A DNA stretch of 64,000 nucleotides from Promethearchaeota archaeon (GCA_019057795.1 JAHLWS010000053.1:1-64000); one strand, 5' to 3'. Numbered from the stretch's first letter, positions 1-10,554 are shown. A program made the numbers and translations. Notes: generated by a model not told the origin, from the letters alone.

Positions 1-151
1 GTGTTAGGGGGGCTATCGGGGGCAGGGTTATCGTTGGTGGAGGTACTGTTGGAGGGGGCATTGATGGAGGGGGCATAGATAGAGGCTGAACTGGAGGAGG
101 GGCACGTGGCTTATGTTCATCTTCGTCATCTCTTTCATATTCTTCCGACAT
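1..151 (-). CDS. Partial ORF running off the window edge; acidic then proline-rich N-terminus
   Basis: ATG at 151; manual translation MSEEYERDDEDEHKPRAPPPVQPLSMPPPSMPPPTVPPPTITLPPIAPLT..., open to the edge. Confidence 0.7.
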   Translation of the reverse strand, partial: MSEEYERDDEDEHKPRAPPPVQPLSMPPPSMPPPTVPPPTITLPPIAPLT

Positions 152-281
152 AATTATCTTCTCTTATTGTTTAAATATAAAAATTACTATGGTCTATAAC
201 TTTAATAGTGGATTTACTTTAAAAATTTTAGTTTAATATATAGCACAAAAGCGTATTATTTTTTGAAAGGAACTTTAAAAA

Positions 282-1370
282 TTAAAAGCAATTCCAATAG
301 GGATTTAAATGTTCTTTTAATTCGGGGATTATTTTGTTATTTACGTAATTTAAAACTTCTTCACCAGATTTTCTAGGTTTTTCTTCAATTAAGTCATCCT
401 CATTTTCATTAAGCACATGAATACAATTATATACTGCTTTTGCTTGTTTATCTATCTCATAACCACCTTCTAAAGTTATTAATATTCTTCCACTAGCATA
501 TTCATCAGCTATTGTTTTAAGTTTTTTTAAGTAGTTTGCGGGTCCTTGAATTGTCCATCCCATATTGGTTAACCTATCTGTCCAATGAGTGTCGAACCCA
601 GCAGAAATCAAGATAAATTCTGGTTTAAATTCTTGACATATTGGTTTTATAATTTCCTCAAAATATATTAGTACTATGTCTTCTGCAGCCCTAGGAGGCA
701 TAGGAAAATTAATTATCTTCCCCTCCCCCTTCCCTGAACCTATCTCATCAATAAAACCGCTGCCAGGATAAAGCGTTCTGCCATCTTGATGAGAGTTAAA
801 TATTACGACATCTCCATTTTCAGATCCTTCATAGAAAATAGACGAAGTCCCATTTCCATGGTGACAATCCCAATCAATTATTGCAACCCTATTTATATTT
901 TTTTCTCTAAATAAGTACTCTGTAGCGATAGCGATGTTGTTGAAAATACAAAACCCTGAACATTTATAGGCGTTTGAGTGATGTCCAGGAGGTCTAACTG
1001 CCGCGAATACGTTATTTACATTACCCTCTAAAATTTCATCGATTCCATTTAAAAGACCTCCAACGCTATATAAAGAAGCTTCGTAAGTCTTAGCAGATAC
1101 GGCGGTATCCATATCAAGTTGTTGAATATGTCCAGTAACTTGAGCTATTTCGCTAACTTCTTTAACTTCGTTAATTAAGCTCTCTTGATGGACATATTTA
1201 ATTTGTTCGGTAGTAGCTTTTCTAGGTTGAATTAATTCGAAATTAGGATTTTCCAACACCTTCTTATCTTTTAAAAAATCCATAATACCAACAAGTCTTT
1301 CGTGGCTTTCAACATGAACGCCAATTCGATGTTCTAAATAAATAGGATCATATACTATACCCGTCTTCAT
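282..1370 (-). CDS. Histone deacetylase-family (HDAC/AcuC-like) Zn-dependent amidohydrolase
   Basis: HVESHER, RPPGHH, GFCIFNN, DWDCHHGNGT, SAGFD and LEGGY motifs. Confidence 0.95.
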   Translation of the reverse strand: MKTGIVYDPIYLEHRIGVHVESHERLVGIMDFLKDKKVLENPNFELIQPRKATTEQIKYVHQESLINEVKEVSEIAQVTGHIQQLDMDTAVSAKTYEASLYSVGGLLNGIDEILEGNVNNVFAAVRPPGHHSNAYKCSGFCIFNNIAIATEYLFREKNINRVAIIDWDCHHGNGTSSIFYEGSENGDVVIFNSHQDGRTLYPGSGFIDEIGSGKGEGKIINFPMPPRAAEDIVLIYFEEIIKPICQEFKPEFILISAGFDTHWTDRLTNMGWTIQGPANYLKKLKTIADEYASGRILITLEGGYEIDKQAKAVYNCIHVLNENEDDLIEEKPRKSGEEVLNYVNNKIIPELKEHLNPYWNCF

Positions 1371-1498
1371 TACAATCTCATCTCGAATATTTCAAAGAGT
1401 TATAATTACTTTTTAATTTAGGATTTAATAAATAAAGTATTTACTATTTTTTTATTATGTTAATTGCTAAAAAAATATAAGGATTTAATTGAAAAAAT

Positions 1499-2008
1499 AT
1501 GGTTTATCGTATTAAAGTAATAATAATTGGAGAAGCTGGAGTCGGTAAGACGAGTTTAGTAAAAAAATTCGTTTCTGGTCACTTCACAAAAGATTATCGA
1601 GCATCAATAGGTACGAACATGTTTATTAAAAAGTTAGATTTAAACTCAGATAAAAAAGTCTCAATTCAAATTTGGGATATAGCTGGCCAAGAAAAATGGA
1701 TAAAAATGAGACATTTATATTATAGAGGGACTCATGGTGCTTTAATTGTTGGAGATCTCACGAGAAGAAATACTTTTGAACAAATAGTACATTTTTGGAG
1801 CCCAGATATGAAAAAATATTGTGCTGAGGTTCCAATAATTTTACTAGCTAATAAATCAGATCTTAATTCAGACATTTCTGAAAACGATGTAGAAATCGTT
1901 GGAAAAAGAATAAATACTAAATTAATTTTTCATACATCGGCTAAGAATGGTGAAAATGTCGAGAAATCTTTTGAAATGATAGCTAGATATGCTCTAAAAA
2001 TAGTGTAA
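1499..2008 (+). CDS. Rab-like small GTPase (Ras superfamily)
   Basis: G1 GEAGVGKT, G3 WDIAGQ, G4 NKSD, G5 SAK; Rab-like IQIW and YYRG; no C-terminal Cys prenylation site. Confidence 0.95.
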   Translation: MVYRIKVIIIGEAGVGKTSLVKKFVSGHFTKDYRASIGTNMFIKKLDLNSDKKVSIQIWDIAGQEKWIKMRHLYYRGTHGALIVGDLTRRNTFEQIVHFWSPDMKKYCAEVPIILLANKSDLNSDISENDVEIVGKRINTKLIFHTSAKNGENVEKSFEMIARYALKIV

Positions 2009-2021
2009 TAAGATTTTGGTC

Positions 2022-3002
2022 TTATAATTTAATTGCTATTTTGATAAAATTTCTTTCGCCCGGTTCAAGGAACTTTTCAAATGCTTGTTGTATATCTTGT
2101 ATCGGTATTACCTGCGAAATAAGTTTTTCTGCTTTTATCTTATTTTGAGCAAAAAATTTTAAAGACGCAAGTATATCGTCTCGATCGTGACCAAGAACTC
2201 CTTTCAAGCATACCTCTTTAGAGTTGATTAAAAACATTGGGAAGGAAATACGCCCCTTATGTACACCTTCTAATAATACAGTTCCTCCACGCTTTATTAA
2301 ATCAATTGCCATAAGTAAAGATCGCTCGTTCCCTGCGCAGTCAAATATAAAAGAAGGTTTACCAAATTTTTTAATAAATTTATTAATTTTGATCATGGTA
2401 GGGGGAAACGATTCAGTTGCGCCCATTTCTTTAGCTTTTTCTCTTAAAAATTTTTGAGGCTCAATTACAACTATATAATTGGGATCTCTTTCACTAACCA
2501 AATAATTTAGAAAGCAAAGACCTATATTTCCTCCACCAATAATAATTACATTTTGATTTGAAGTGATTTTAGATAATTTTGTTCCTCTTACAGCATTGGC
2601 AAATGATTCTATCATTATTGCTTCTTTAATTGAAACAGATTTAGGGATATTGAATAGATATTTTTTAGGTACCCGAACGAATTCTGCAAATCCACCGTCC
2701 TTAAAGATACCCATTCCATCTAACTGCCCTTGGCTAATATCTAATAAAACATTAATTCCACAAACTTTATCGCCTATTTCAACATTTGTAATGTTACTTC
2801 CGATTTCGACAACCTCTCCTGCGAACTCATGGCCCATAATTAATGGCACTTGATACATTTTAATTTTAAAATTTGTAACATCGCTTCCACATATTCCACA
2901 GTAATGTACTTTCACTATAAGATCGTCTGGTCCAGGAGTTGGTGTAGGATAATCTTCCTTGTAAGTAATTTTTTTAATATCTATAAAAACGGCAGCTTTC
3001 AT
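2022..3002 (-). CDS. Zn-dependent medium-chain alcohol/polyol dehydrogenase
   Basis: CGICGSD, GHEFAG and Rossmann GGGNIG; the 4-Cys structural zinc loop is absent. Confidence 0.9.
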   Translation of the reverse strand: MKAAVFIDIKKITYKEDYPTPTPGPDDLIVKVHYCGICGSDVTNFKIKMYQVPLIMGHEFAGEVVEIGSNITNVEIGDKVCGINVLLDISQGQLDGMGIFKDGGFAEFVRVPKKYLFNIPKSVSIKEAIMIESFANAVRGTKLSKITSNQNVIIIGGGNIGLCFLNYLVSERDPNYIVVIEPQKFLREKAKEMGATESFPPTMIKINKFIKKFGKPSFIFDCAGNERSLLMAIDLIKRGGTVLLEGVHKGRISFPMFLINSKEVCLKGVLGHDRDDILASLKFFAQNKIKAEKLISQVIPIQDIQQAFEKFLEPGERNFIKIAIKL

Positions 3003-3160
3003 TTTTCAATCTCTTCTCAAATAATGATTAATTGTTATGAATTCTTAAATATAGGTTAGTTTTTTAAATATTAATATTATATTTTTTATTTTACAAATAA
3101 TTAAATTTTTTAAATCATCATAAAGTTTTTTGTATAAAAACTTCCAATAAATGATTTATA

Positions 3161-3868
3161 ATGTCAGAAAGAAAGGAAGAACATATAACAGGCGGCGGCA
3201 AGATTCGCAGCGTAATTCTTGGATTGAACGATGGACTCATTTCAATATTTACATTGTTAGTAGGGGTTGCTGCAGCAACTTTAATAAAAAGTGGGGATAA
3301 TACTATTGTAATATTAACTGGAATTGCAGCAATGGTATCCGGAGCAGTAAGTATGGGACTTGGTGAATATATTTCATCAAAATCTGAATATAATTATGTT
3401 AAAAATGAAATTAGAAAAGAAAAAGCTGAAATTTTACTTTTTCCTGAAGAAGAGAAGGAAGAAGTAAGAGATATCTTTAAAAAAATGGGGATAAAAGAAG
3501 AGATTTTAAATCCATGTGTAGAATCTATTACAGCAAATGAGGAAAAATGGTTGGAATTTTTAATAAAAAACGAATTGGGTTTAGAAGAACTTGGAATTCC
3601 CATTATAGGAGCGTTATTAACTTTTTTTTCTTTTATTGTTGGAGCCCTTATTCCTCAATTGCCCTATTTTCTAAATTTAGGGGTAATTTCACTTATATTT
3701 TCTTCAATTTTGTCTCTTAGTTCTCTTTTCATAGTTGGAGGTTTAAAAACAAAAATTACTGGTGAATCAGCCATAAAAGGAGGCTTAGAGATGGTCGTTA
3801 TTGGAGTTGTAGCATTTATAATATCCTTAGTTATCGGATTATGGTTAGAACAGCTAATTCCGTTATAA
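3161..3868 (+). CDS. VIT1/CCC1 family Fe/Mn transporter
   Basis: LGLNDGL, SMGLGEYIS, acidic cytosolic loop, about 5 TM segments. Confidence 0.93.
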   Translation: MSERKEEHITGGGKIRSVILGLNDGLISIFTLLVGVAAATLIKSGDNTIVILTGIAAMVSGAVSMGLGEYISSKSEYNYVKNEIRKEKAEILLFPEEEKEEVRDIFKKMGIKEEILNPCVESITANEEKWLEFLIKNELGLEELGIPIIGALLTFFSFIVGALIPQLPYFLNLGVISLIFSSILSLSSLFIVGGLKTKITGESAIKGGLEMVVIGVVAFIISLVIGLWLEQLIPL

Positions 3869-3907
3869 CATTTTTTAGGTTTCTTTCTAGGAACTCCTAT
3901 TAAAAAA

Positions 3908-4483
3908 TTATGCTTTCATGAAAAACTTTTGATCGTGTTCACAATTAGGGCAAATTTTAGGTTTTTTTTTTAGCTCGACATTTCCACAAATCCGGCAAAT
4001 ATATATGTCTATATCTTCAAAAGGTTCTTTTTTATCAAGTTTTTTTAGAAATTTAATGTACAATTTGCTATGAACAATTTCAGCCATTCTTGCTAAATCA
4101 AACGAAAATTCTGCTAAATAAACATCGTTTTTTTTAGCACTTTTCATAAATCCTTTATAAATTTTCTTGAATTCAAATGTTTCTCCTGCGATTGCTTGGA
4201 TTAAATTATTTCTGGTATTTCTAACTTGCTTTTTTAAAACTTTTTCTTCAATATTAACGATTGCATTTAAATCGACAGATTTTTTCGTAATTTCTTCAAT
4301 TGCCTTTAAATGGTTTTTTATATGGATCGATTCCGCAGTAGAAATGGCTTTAAACAAGTGAGCTATCTCTGTAAAACCTTCATTTAGTGCCTTTTCGGCA
4401 AATAGCTCATATTTTCTTTTAGCATTGCTTTCTCCTATTATAGCTTCTTTTAAATTTTCAATAACAACAGAGATAAAAATCAC
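3908..4483 (-). CDS. rbr: Rubrerythrin
   Basis: NLKEAIIGES, ESIH, GETFE, EIVH diiron ligands; C-terminal CRIC...CPNC rubredoxin-like domain. Confidence 0.92.
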   Translation of the reverse strand: MIFISVVIENLKEAIIGESNAKRKYELFAEKALNEGFTEIAHLFKAISTAESIHIKNHLKAIEEITKKSVDLNAIVNIEEKVLKKQVRNTRNNLIQAIAGETFEFKKIYKGFMKSAKKNDVYLAEFSFDLARMAEIVHSKLYIKFLKKLDKKEPFEDIDIYICRICGNVELKKKPKICPNCEHDQKFFMKA

Positions 4484-4548
4484 CTATTATTAATTTTTAA
4501 AAATTAAGTAAAAAGAAGTCATAACCCAATTATTAACTTATTTATTTT

Positions 4549-4773
4549 TTAATCTTTCACTAAGTTGTCAATAGGCATAAACACAGAACAGTGTTTATAT
4601 TTATCACGGCAAAGAACCATGTTTCTTGATCTTTTTGAATTTCTGGATTCATTGGAAGGAAATAAGTAATCCGTAAGCATTGGTATAAAAACTATATCCC
4701 ATTCAAGACCTTTATCATTACAGATTCCATTAGTTTTTGTAAAAAAGAAGTATTGTTTTAAATTTTTTAAGAT
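4549..4773 (-). pseudogene. Possible relic of a UvrD/PcrA-type SF1 helicase C-terminus
   Basis: Stop-to-stop frame with no start upstream of the motif reads ...KGLEWDIVFIPMLTDYLFPS..., resembling motif V (KGLEF/WxxVF...FP). Confidence 0.45.
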
Positions 4774-4801
4774 TTAATTGTCTAAACAATTATAAATTCT
4801 T

Positions 4802-6928
4802 TTAGTCATCTTTATTTGTAAATCTAAGCATATTATTTCTCGGTTCGTATAAAGTTCCTTCCTTTATTAACTCCTCAAGAGCGTCTTTGATCCATTTTTC
4901 ATCTAAATCTTCTTCGAGTTCGAGAATTTGAATAACACTATTCCTCTCTAATGCTTTCCAATTACCATCTTCAAAAATCTCTTTTAGCCTGGTAAGCATT
5001 TTGTCGAGTTTATTTATAGAACTTCTAGATTGTCCAACTAAAATTCGATCCATATCAATTTTTCCAGTAGTCTCGTCGTAACCAGTATCTTTCAGATATC
5101 TTTTAAATAGTTTGATAATTTCAGCTACATCATTTTTAACTACTTTTTCTCTTAAAGCCATCTTTGCGTATGCTTCGCTTAACCTCACAAGTGCTTCTAG
5201 ATTTCTAGCAAGGATTGAGACGATTGCGTCTTCACTATCGTACTGTCCTCGTAGATTTAAATAAAATTCTTTAATTTTTTCTTTAGCTTCTTCAGTTAAT
5301 ACGGGGTGACAAGTCCTTCTTGCATATTCAATGTATTTTTTTAAAAGATCGCGAGGAATCGGAGATATTTTCCCAGTTTTACTTTCAATATCATCGTCCG
5401 GCCCTAGCATCGCATTTTTTAAAATAAATTCTGCCATTTGTGCGTCGTTGGCAGGGTCAGGCCTATCAATAACAATAAAGATTAGATCGAAACGGGATAA
5501 AAGTGATGGGGGTAAATGAATATTTTGTGTAGGCGTTTTGTATCTGTCATATCTCCCAGAACGTGGGTTTGCTGCTGCGATGATTGCTGTTTGGGCTTTT
5601 AAGGTTGCAACTATCCCTGCTTTAGCTATGCTAACAGTTTGTTGTTCCATCGCTTCGTGCAGAGCAGATCTATCGGAAGTTTCCATTTTGTCAAACTCGT
5701 CTATTGCCGCTACACCTCCGTTTGCTAACACGATAGCTCCTGCTTCAAGATTCATTTGGCCTGTATCTGTGTCTTTAATAACTGCCGCTGTTAAACCGAC
5801 AGCTGAAGAGCCTTTGCCAGAAGTATATAACCCGCGAGGTGACACTTCAATAGCACTTTTTAGAATTTCCGATTTACCGGTTCCGGGATCGCCGACGAAT
5901 AGAAGATGAATATCACCTCGTTTATAACCACCTCCTGGCCTTTTTTTTCTTGTCCCTCCAAAAAGGGTTAAAGCAGTAGCCATTTTAAGTTCTTCTCTTC
6001 CATAAATTACGGGTGAAATAGATCTGGCAATTTTCTTATGTATCATAGGTTCTTTAGATAACTTTTCAATCTCTTTTTTATCTTCTTTAGATAATTCGAT
6101 GAAACCTTCGCTTTTATCTTCCGGATCGATATAATTTACATCGATATATGTTTTGAATAGCGTACTATTTATGCTCTTTGTAGATTGGGCTAAAACGGAT
6201 TTATAAGTTCCCAATAATTTTACTCTATCACCTGGTTTTACGATATCAACTAAATCGTGGGTTAAAATTGCTTGAATTGATCTAGGAATTCTGCCAGGTG
6301 GCAAATCTTCTGGAATTTCTTGGATCATTACACTTTGCCAATCAATAAATTCTGAGTTTTTTGAAACAAGCCGAAAATCTGATTGCGATTTAGCTTTACA
6401 CCTTGGATTAATACAAAAATTAGGCCATTTTATTTTAGAACTAAGCTGAAGTACTTCAAATTGTGTTTTGCAGGTCATGCATTCAAATGCCGCTTCTATT
6501 AATTTCGGTCGTATCGTTGAGCTCCTAACTAGGATTCCTTTAGTCCATACAAGGTTGTCAATATTTTTTGCTCGTAACCCTCTCAATGAGATGAATAAGG
6601 GGCTCTTATCGTCTTTGGTTGTTATTCTTACAAAGTAGTCTTTATCAGTTAATTTACTTCCTTGAAACTTTAATATGTTTCTAAAAGCTTCTGTTGCGTT
6701 TTCTAAAAGAGTTTCGGGATCTTTTCTTAATAGTTCGGCAATTTGAGAGTCGAAGGCCAACAAGTCCTCATAAAATATTATTAAAGTATTACTACCCTTA
6801 GAAAATATATCATTTATTTTGTCTTGATACTTATATACTCCAGGTTTATCTTCAAATAGCCTGTAAAAATCTTCAAAACGTGAAGTTTTATGAATCGGTA
6901 CACTAGGACGGGATATTGGCGTTGTCAA
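4802..6928 (-). CDS. mcm: Replicative MCM helicase
   Basis: GDPGTGKS, SSAVGLTAAV, IDEFDKM, LLSRFD, Zn finger; AGGTGA SD before TTG start. Confidence 0.98.
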   Translation of the reverse strand: MTTPISRPSVPIHKTSRFEDFYRLFEDKPGVYKYQDKINDIFSKGSNTLIIFYEDLLAFDSQIAELLRKDPETLLENATEAFRNILKFQGSKLTDKDYFVRITTKDDKSPLFISLRGLRAKNIDNLVWTKGILVRSSTIRPKLIEAAFECMTCKTQFEVLQLSSKIKWPNFCINPRCKAKSQSDFRLVSKNSEFIDWQSVMIQEIPEDLPPGRIPRSIQAILTHDLVDIVKPGDRVKLLGTYKSVLAQSTKSINSTLFKTYIDVNYIDPEDKSEGFIELSKEDKKEIEKLSKEPMIHKKIARSISPVIYGREELKMATALTLFGGTRKKRPGGGYKRGDIHLLFVGDPGTGKSEILKSAIEVSPRGLYTSGKGSSAVGLTAAVIKDTDTGQMNLEAGAIVLANGGVAAIDEFDKMETSDRSALHEAMEQQTVSIAKAGIVATLKAQTAIIAAANPRSGRYDRYKTPTQNIHLPPSLLSRFDLIFIVIDRPDPANDAQMAEFILKNAMLGPDDDIESKTGKISPIPRDLLKKYIEYARRTCHPVLTEEAKEKIKEFYLNLRGQYDSEDAIVSILARNLEALVRLSEAYAKMALREKVVKNDVAEIIKLFKRYLKDTGYDETTGKIDMDRILVGQSRSSINKLDKMLTRLKEIFEDGNWKALERNSVIQILELEEDLDEKWIKDALEELIKEGTLYEPRNNMLRFTNKDD

Positions 6929-7107
6929 GCAGATTCACCTTTAAAATAATAGTAATATACCAAAGTTATTTTTGGTGATATTTTAATTTGATATATTAAC
7001 GATTTAAGCTTATTAAACTGCAAATAAAATTTGTCGGAAAAAAATCATGGGAGAGAAATGGTTTAGTGATATACTCCATGTGGTTTTTCATAATCCTAAA
7101 AGAAATG

Positions 7108-10100
7108 TTAACTTTCTCTCAATTTTGTTAGCATTTCGCATATTATTGGGTCTTGCGACATCTCACATCGAATTTTTAATAGCGATATTACTCTTTTTTT
7201 TATTTTTTCATCTTCATATCTAACAGTGCGTCCTAGTATTATTGCGATCGATTGTTGTGTTTGCATTGAATATTCATCGCTTAAACTTTTCAATAATTTA
7301 GAAAGTACTTTAGAAATACCAATTTCTTGTATGATTTTAACCATAACATCTACAGTAGTGTTTCTTACATCCCCGCTTTCATCACCTAACAGTGAAATTA
7401 CGCTACTAAAGATTCTATCAATATTTTCAAAGCTGTATATTTTTAATAAATTAGCTGCTCCCTCTCTAACCTTGGAGTCTTTATTTAATAAATTCTCAGA
7501 AACTTTTTCAAAGGGGATTTGAGTTTCCGTAATTCCTTCTACTGATGAAAGAACATTCATGGAAGAACGACGAACCCAACTTTTATCGTCGTCTAATAAA
7601 GAAACAAGTTTTTCAATAATAGTCTCCTTGTTATCGACAGCTTTAAAAATCTTTCCCAAACTTGTTACAGTGGCATCCCTAACTATCCACTCTTTGTCAA
7701 CTAACGCTTTATTTATCAAAGCATCAGCAGTAGCGAAAGAGAGTTTCTGACCAATGTATCCTAATATTTTCACGCTTGTTTCTCTTATAAAGGAATCTTC
7801 ATCTGAAAGAAAGTTTATAGTAAGGCGCACCGGAATAAGATCTGGTAATTGTTTTGATATTTCTAACATTGATTTAGTTAAAATTATTCTTATAGATATG
7901 TCCTGTTCTGTTATGGACTGCAATAAATCAGTTATTACCGGTTGTAATGCTAATGGATTAATTTTTGAAATTTTTAAAATTAGTTGGGATACTTCTTTCT
8001 TAATTTTTTTATCGTTTTCACTTCGAATTAAAGATATTATTGATTTAATATCGATTTTATCCATATAATCTTCTATTAAACCATCCAAAGAAGTAATGAC
8101 ATTTAATTTTATATCTTTATCATCGGAACCTAAATGTTTAATTAATCTTGGTATTATTTCCTTAGGATATTGTTTAGCAACTTTAGTTATTGTTCTAGAA
8201 ATTACGCCTTTTGAGATATATTTTGATTCGTCCTTAGTTTTTATTAACCTAGCTAAAACTAAAGTTGGGTTTTTTTCATAATTCTCAACGATAATATTTG
8301 AGATTCTTTCTTTTAATTCAAAATCATCAAATTTTATGAAAATCAAGAAAGTTGTTAAGATTTTTTCTGGATTTTTATCCCAAAGTTTACCAAGGAGAGA
8401 TAACACGCTGTTCAAAGTTTCTAAATTTTCGGAGTCGATTTTACTGATAATCTTATCTATGTCAATGGAGTCAGGTTCTTCACTATAATACTTTACAAGA
8501 GCTGAAACAGATGCATTCCTAACGCTTATATCTGAGTCAACTAATCCTTCAAAAATGGACGAAATAGGAATATTAAATTTTTTGAAGTTCCCCATTTTAG
8601 AAATAACTTCAAATATAGATGCTCTAACAGAGCTTGTAGGGTCTCTCATAAAGGGAATTATTTTATTAATAATTTCGGATTCAATCTTTTCAACATCTAT
8701 ATTCTTTATATTTTTAATGGCTGCAGCTCTAATTTCTTTATTAGTATGATTTAATTTATCTAAAAAAATTTCAATAGGAATATTAATTGAAGATTCTGCT
8801 AAAAGGCTAAGAAGTTCCACTTGAATAGCGCTGTTTGGATCGTTTAATAATTTCATCAAATTAAAATTTCGTACTACTTCTTTTTCTTTTTTAGCAATTC
8901 TTACCAAGATTTTTAATCCTAATAACTTTAATCTCCACTCTGAATCATTTACTAAGTTATATATAACATTTATAGGAATTTGTTTAATTAAAGCAAAATC
9001 AGCATCTATTAAGGATTTTGCAATAGGAATACTTTTGTCGTAATTTGGAGATTCCAATGATTCTATAATCCAAGGCAATATCATATTTGGAATTTCCTTC
9101 TCTAATTTAGTAAAAATTTTGTACGATATCTTTCTTGAATTCGAGTTTGAGTCGCATAACCCGTCTAATAAAGAATCTTTAAATTTCCAATCGTTTAAAG
9201 AGATTTCTGACTTCAAAGGAATCCTTTCAAACATCATCAAGAGCGTGCTTTCTGCGTGCTCTCTTAGTACAGGATCAGAATGTTTGATAAAATTAAATAG
9301 TGGGATGGGATCAAAGGTTTGACCATACTCCGTAATTTTTGAGTATTTAAGATTTTTAGTAAACTCATTTTTTTTTGATAAGAAGTAATAAGATGTAAAT
9401 GTGATCATACAAATTTCTTCGATTACTGCCGCCCAAGCAAACTCAGTAAAATTTGGAATAATATCTTGCGTGAAAATCGAATAACTAAAAGTCACCGATA
9501 ATTTGTCGATATTCACTATTAAAAAATTTACTAAAACATTGAGGCCAATTGCGGCCATTAAATACGCTGCAAAATAAATATCAATTCCTCTATATTTAAT
9601 TTTTCTGCCCCAAAATCGAGTAAAGTATCCTATTATGCCAAACAATAGAGTAACAAACACAAAATACGAGGTCATCGTTGATATTGCTAGTGATCCAGAA
9701 AAAAAGAATATTATCGTTTGAATCATAGAAATCCAAGCCCACACAAAAACGAACAACATTAAACCGAATAGTATATACGGTTTAGGATTTGATATAAATT
9801 GGTTCATACCTCTTTTGCTATCTTCAAAATTTAAAAACGAAGATCTTTTAATTTCAGGGATGTGAACGAACTCGTTTGTTATTCCAGCTACATAACCTTT
9901 CGACCCATAAAATGTTAAAATCATAAGGGGGTAACCAAGTAACCAAGAGACCCAAATTACTAAAAAAGGTAATCCCGCAAGAGAAAGTAACATTGGGGGG
10001 ATAATAAAGAGTAAATAAAGAAGAATTGCCATAATTACAGAAATAATCTTGCTTTTAGATAAATGAATAATTTTATTCCCAATAAATTTATGAAATGGAG

Positions 10101-10455
10101 TAAGCCCCTCGTCAGATTCTGAACTTAAAGCAATAAATAAGAAATCTATAAGAGGGTATAAAGAAATATACATCAAGCAAAACGCAAATGGGATAAGTAA
10201 AGAAAGAGGACTAATATCTGGGGTGGCTAATACGCTTCCTTGCCAAAACTCAGGAGTGTTTATGGCAAATATAAAAGCCATCGCGATTACAACCATAACT
10301 CCCATGCTAAAGACAAATCCGTAAATTAAGCACTGAAGGCGATCTTTGTTGTTAAACTCCCCTTTTTTAACTAAACTAACTTGTTTGTAAATTATTATGA
10401 ACCCAATAATGAAAAAAATTATAAAAAGGAGAAAAAGGATAAGTTCTGTAAGCAT
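7108..10455 (-). CDS. Polytopic membrane protein with a long C-terminal HEAT-repeat solenoid
   Basis: About 360 aa hydrophobic N-terminus with multiple TM segments, then repeated D-x-x-x-x-(V/I)R HEAT units (DPTSSVR, DSDISVR, DEDSFIR, DKEWIVR, DDKSWVR). Confidence 0.85.
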   Translation of the reverse strand: MLTELILFLLFIIFFIIGFIIIYKQVSLVKKGEFNNKDRLQCLIYGFVFSMGVMVVIAMAFIFAINTPEFWQGSVLATPDISPLSLLIPFAFCLMYISLYPLIDFLFIALSSESDEGLTPFHKFIGNKIIHLSKSKIISVIMAILLYLLFIIPPMLLSLAGLPFLVIWVSWLLGYPLMILTFYGSKGYVAGITNEFVHIPEIKRSSFLNFEDSKRGMNQFISNPKPYILFGLMLFVFVWAWISMIQTIIFFFSGSLAISTMTSYFVFVTLLFGIIGYFTRFWGRKIKYRGIDIYFAAYLMAAIGLNVLVNFLIVNIDKLSVTFSYSIFTQDIIPNFTEFAWAAVIEEICMITFTSYYFLSKKNEFTKNLKYSKITEYGQTFDPIPLFNFIKHSDPVLREHAESTLLMMFERIPLKSEISLNDWKFKDSLLDGLCDSNSNSRKISYKIFTKLEKEIPNMILPWIIESLESPNYDKSIPIAKSLIDADFALIKQIPINVIYNLVNDSEWRLKLLGLKILVRIAKKEKEVVRNFNLMKLLNDPNSAIQVELLSLLAESSINIPIEIFLDKLNHTNKEIRAAAIKNIKNIDVEKIESEIINKIIPFMRDPTSSVRASIFEVISKMGNFKKFNIPISSIFEGLVDSDISVRNASVSALVKYYSEEPDSIDIDKIISKIDSENLETLNSVLSLLGKLWDKNPEKILTTFLIFIKFDDFELKERISNIIVENYEKNPTLVLARLIKTKDESKYISKGVISRTITKVAKQYPKEIIPRLIKHLGSDDKDIKLNVITSLDGLIEDYMDKIDIKSIISLIRSENDKKIKKEVSQLILKISKINPLALQPVITDLLQSITEQDISIRIILTKSMLEISKQLPDLIPVRLTINFLSDEDSFIRETSVKILGYIGQKLSFATADALINKALVDKEWIVRDATVTSLGKIFKAVDNKETIIEKLVSLLDDDKSWVRRSSMNVLSSVEGITETQIPFEKVSENLLNKDSKVREGAANLLKIYSFENIDRIFSSVISLLGDESGDVRNTTVDVMVKIIQEIGISKVLSKLLKSLSDEYSMQTQQSIAIILGRTVRYEDEKIKKRVISLLKIRCEMSQDPIICEMLTKLRES

Positions 10456-10554
10456 TATTAATAATTTAATACATTTATATTTCTGTTGTTTACATATATT
10501 TAATATATAAAGGAATTGAATGTTATTAAATTAGTTTTATGGTGTGGGTAAAAA

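Noticed and set aside
7044-7086. Imperfect inverted repeat CATGGGAG...CTCCATG upstream of mcm as ncRNA or origin element
   Set aside because: Short stem, single copy, no ORB consensus
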